The notes under the pieces are model-generated. The model saw only the letters and a program-made list of their open reading frames with translations, was not told the origin of the DNA and ran no database searches. Below are positions 63,389-64,000 of a DNA stretch of 64,000 nucleotides, piece after piece. The DNA lies in NCBI GenBank assembly GCA_016462905.1, contig JAEMSI010000002.1, forward strand, positions 41,848 through 105,847, given 5' to 3'. Position 1 is the first letter of the stretch. The number at the start of each line of letters is the position of its first letter. The position numbers and the translations under genes were made by a program. This stretch comes from Polynucleobacter sp. (GTDB lineage Bacteria > Pseudomonadota > Gammaproteobacteria > Burkholderiales > Burkholderiaceae).

Positions 63389-63856
63389 ATGGCAAGAATT
63401 GATTTTCATAGCAATGTAGCAGATAAGCTTTTGTACGCATGTCGTTTGGCGCGTAAAATTATGAGCAGCAGTGAGGATCAGAATCGTACGATTGTTTTTA
63501 CTGGAGAGATCGCCGATCTAAAAAAATTAGATGGCCTTTTATGGAGCTTTAGTAAAACCGATTTTCTACCACATTGTTTTGCTAGCGATGATACGGCGCA
63601 AGAAACACCCGTTATCCTGGTGGCAAGATCTGCTTTAGGGGATTTAAAAGCATTGCCGCACAATGATGTATTTGTACATTTATCGAATCAAATGCTACCA
63701 GACATCGATTCAATCATTGCTCGTTTTCCCCGTTTAATTGAGATAGTCAGTATTCTTGAGGACGAGCGATTAGCGGGCCGTGAGCGCTATAAAGCTTATC
63801 AAACTTTAGGTCACGAGTTGCATCATTTTGACCAATCGAAAAATAATCCAAACTAA
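63389..63856 (+). CDS. holC: DNA polymerase III subunit chi
   Basis: MARIDFH, LDGLLWSF...FLPH and GRERYKAY; follows pepA. Confidence 0.9.
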   Translation: MARIDFHSNVADKLLYACRLARKIMSSSEDQNRTIVFTGEIADLKKLDGLLWSFSKTDFLPHCFASDDTAQETPVILVARSALGDLKALPHNDVFVHLSNQMLPDIDSIIARFPRLIEIVSILEDERLAGRERYKAYQTLGHELHHFDQSKNNPN

Positions 63857-63875
63857 TTTATAAAAATGAAGCCCC

Positions 63876-64000
63876 ATGTTTATTCATCCTGAATTTGATC
63901 CTGTTGCGATTCGCATTGGTTCGTTTGGTATTCATTGGTATGGATTGATGTACTTAATGGCCTTTGGACAATTTTTGTTATTAGGTCGACTGCGAATTAC
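63876..64000 (+). CDS. lgt: Prolipoprotein diacylglyceryl transferase, 5' fragment (runs off the window)
   Basis: Manual translation [30 protein letters not shown] matches the Lgt N-terminal DP.A...G...HWYG motif. Confidence 0.92.
   Translation, partial: MFIHPEFDPVAIRIGSFGIHWYGLMYLMAFGQFLLLGRLRI

Noticed and set aside
1-64000. CRISPR arrays, tandem repeats, prophage, rRNA, toxin-antitoxin or defence genes
   Set aside because: None was seen; all intergenic regions are under about 300 nt and nearly all coding space is accounted for by known families.

Overview
A gene-dense, almost entirely housekeeping 64-kb chromosomal segment from a streamlined betaproteobacterium. Gene content, gene order and a GC content of roughly 43-45% (by eye) suggest a Polynucleobacter-like member of the Burkholderiaceae; this is inference. 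It runs from dnaK (start codon cut by the window edge) to the first 125 nt of lgt. It holds about 62 CDSs covering chaperones, folate/pantothenate/CoA, purine and arginine biosynthesis, three aminoacyl-tRNA synthetases, ClpSA, LPS core glycosyltransferases with msbA and lptFG, and ribosome factors, plus one tRNA-Leu(CAA). I found no integrase, intact transposase, prophage, CRISPR array or defence system. The only clearly accessory-looking gene is an AT-rich membrane dCache-GGDEF-EAL protein between tRNA-Leu and cysB. The most striking unexplained signal is regulatory. Many genes have a -10-like hexamer 5-7 nt before the ATG and no usable Shine-Dalgarno, which predicts leaderless mRNAs. Several divergent gene pairs share one symmetric or overlapping -10 element (TANNNTA). 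The extreme case is msbA and an LPS glycosyltransferase whose start codons are only 10 bp apart. Other notable points are a fatty-acid desaturase with an ISL3-transposase-like helical tail, a radC lacking a canonical start codon, miaA without its usual neighbour mutL, and an orphan tctBA pair. Nothing here is a demonstrated new system; all findings are hypotheses from manual reading.
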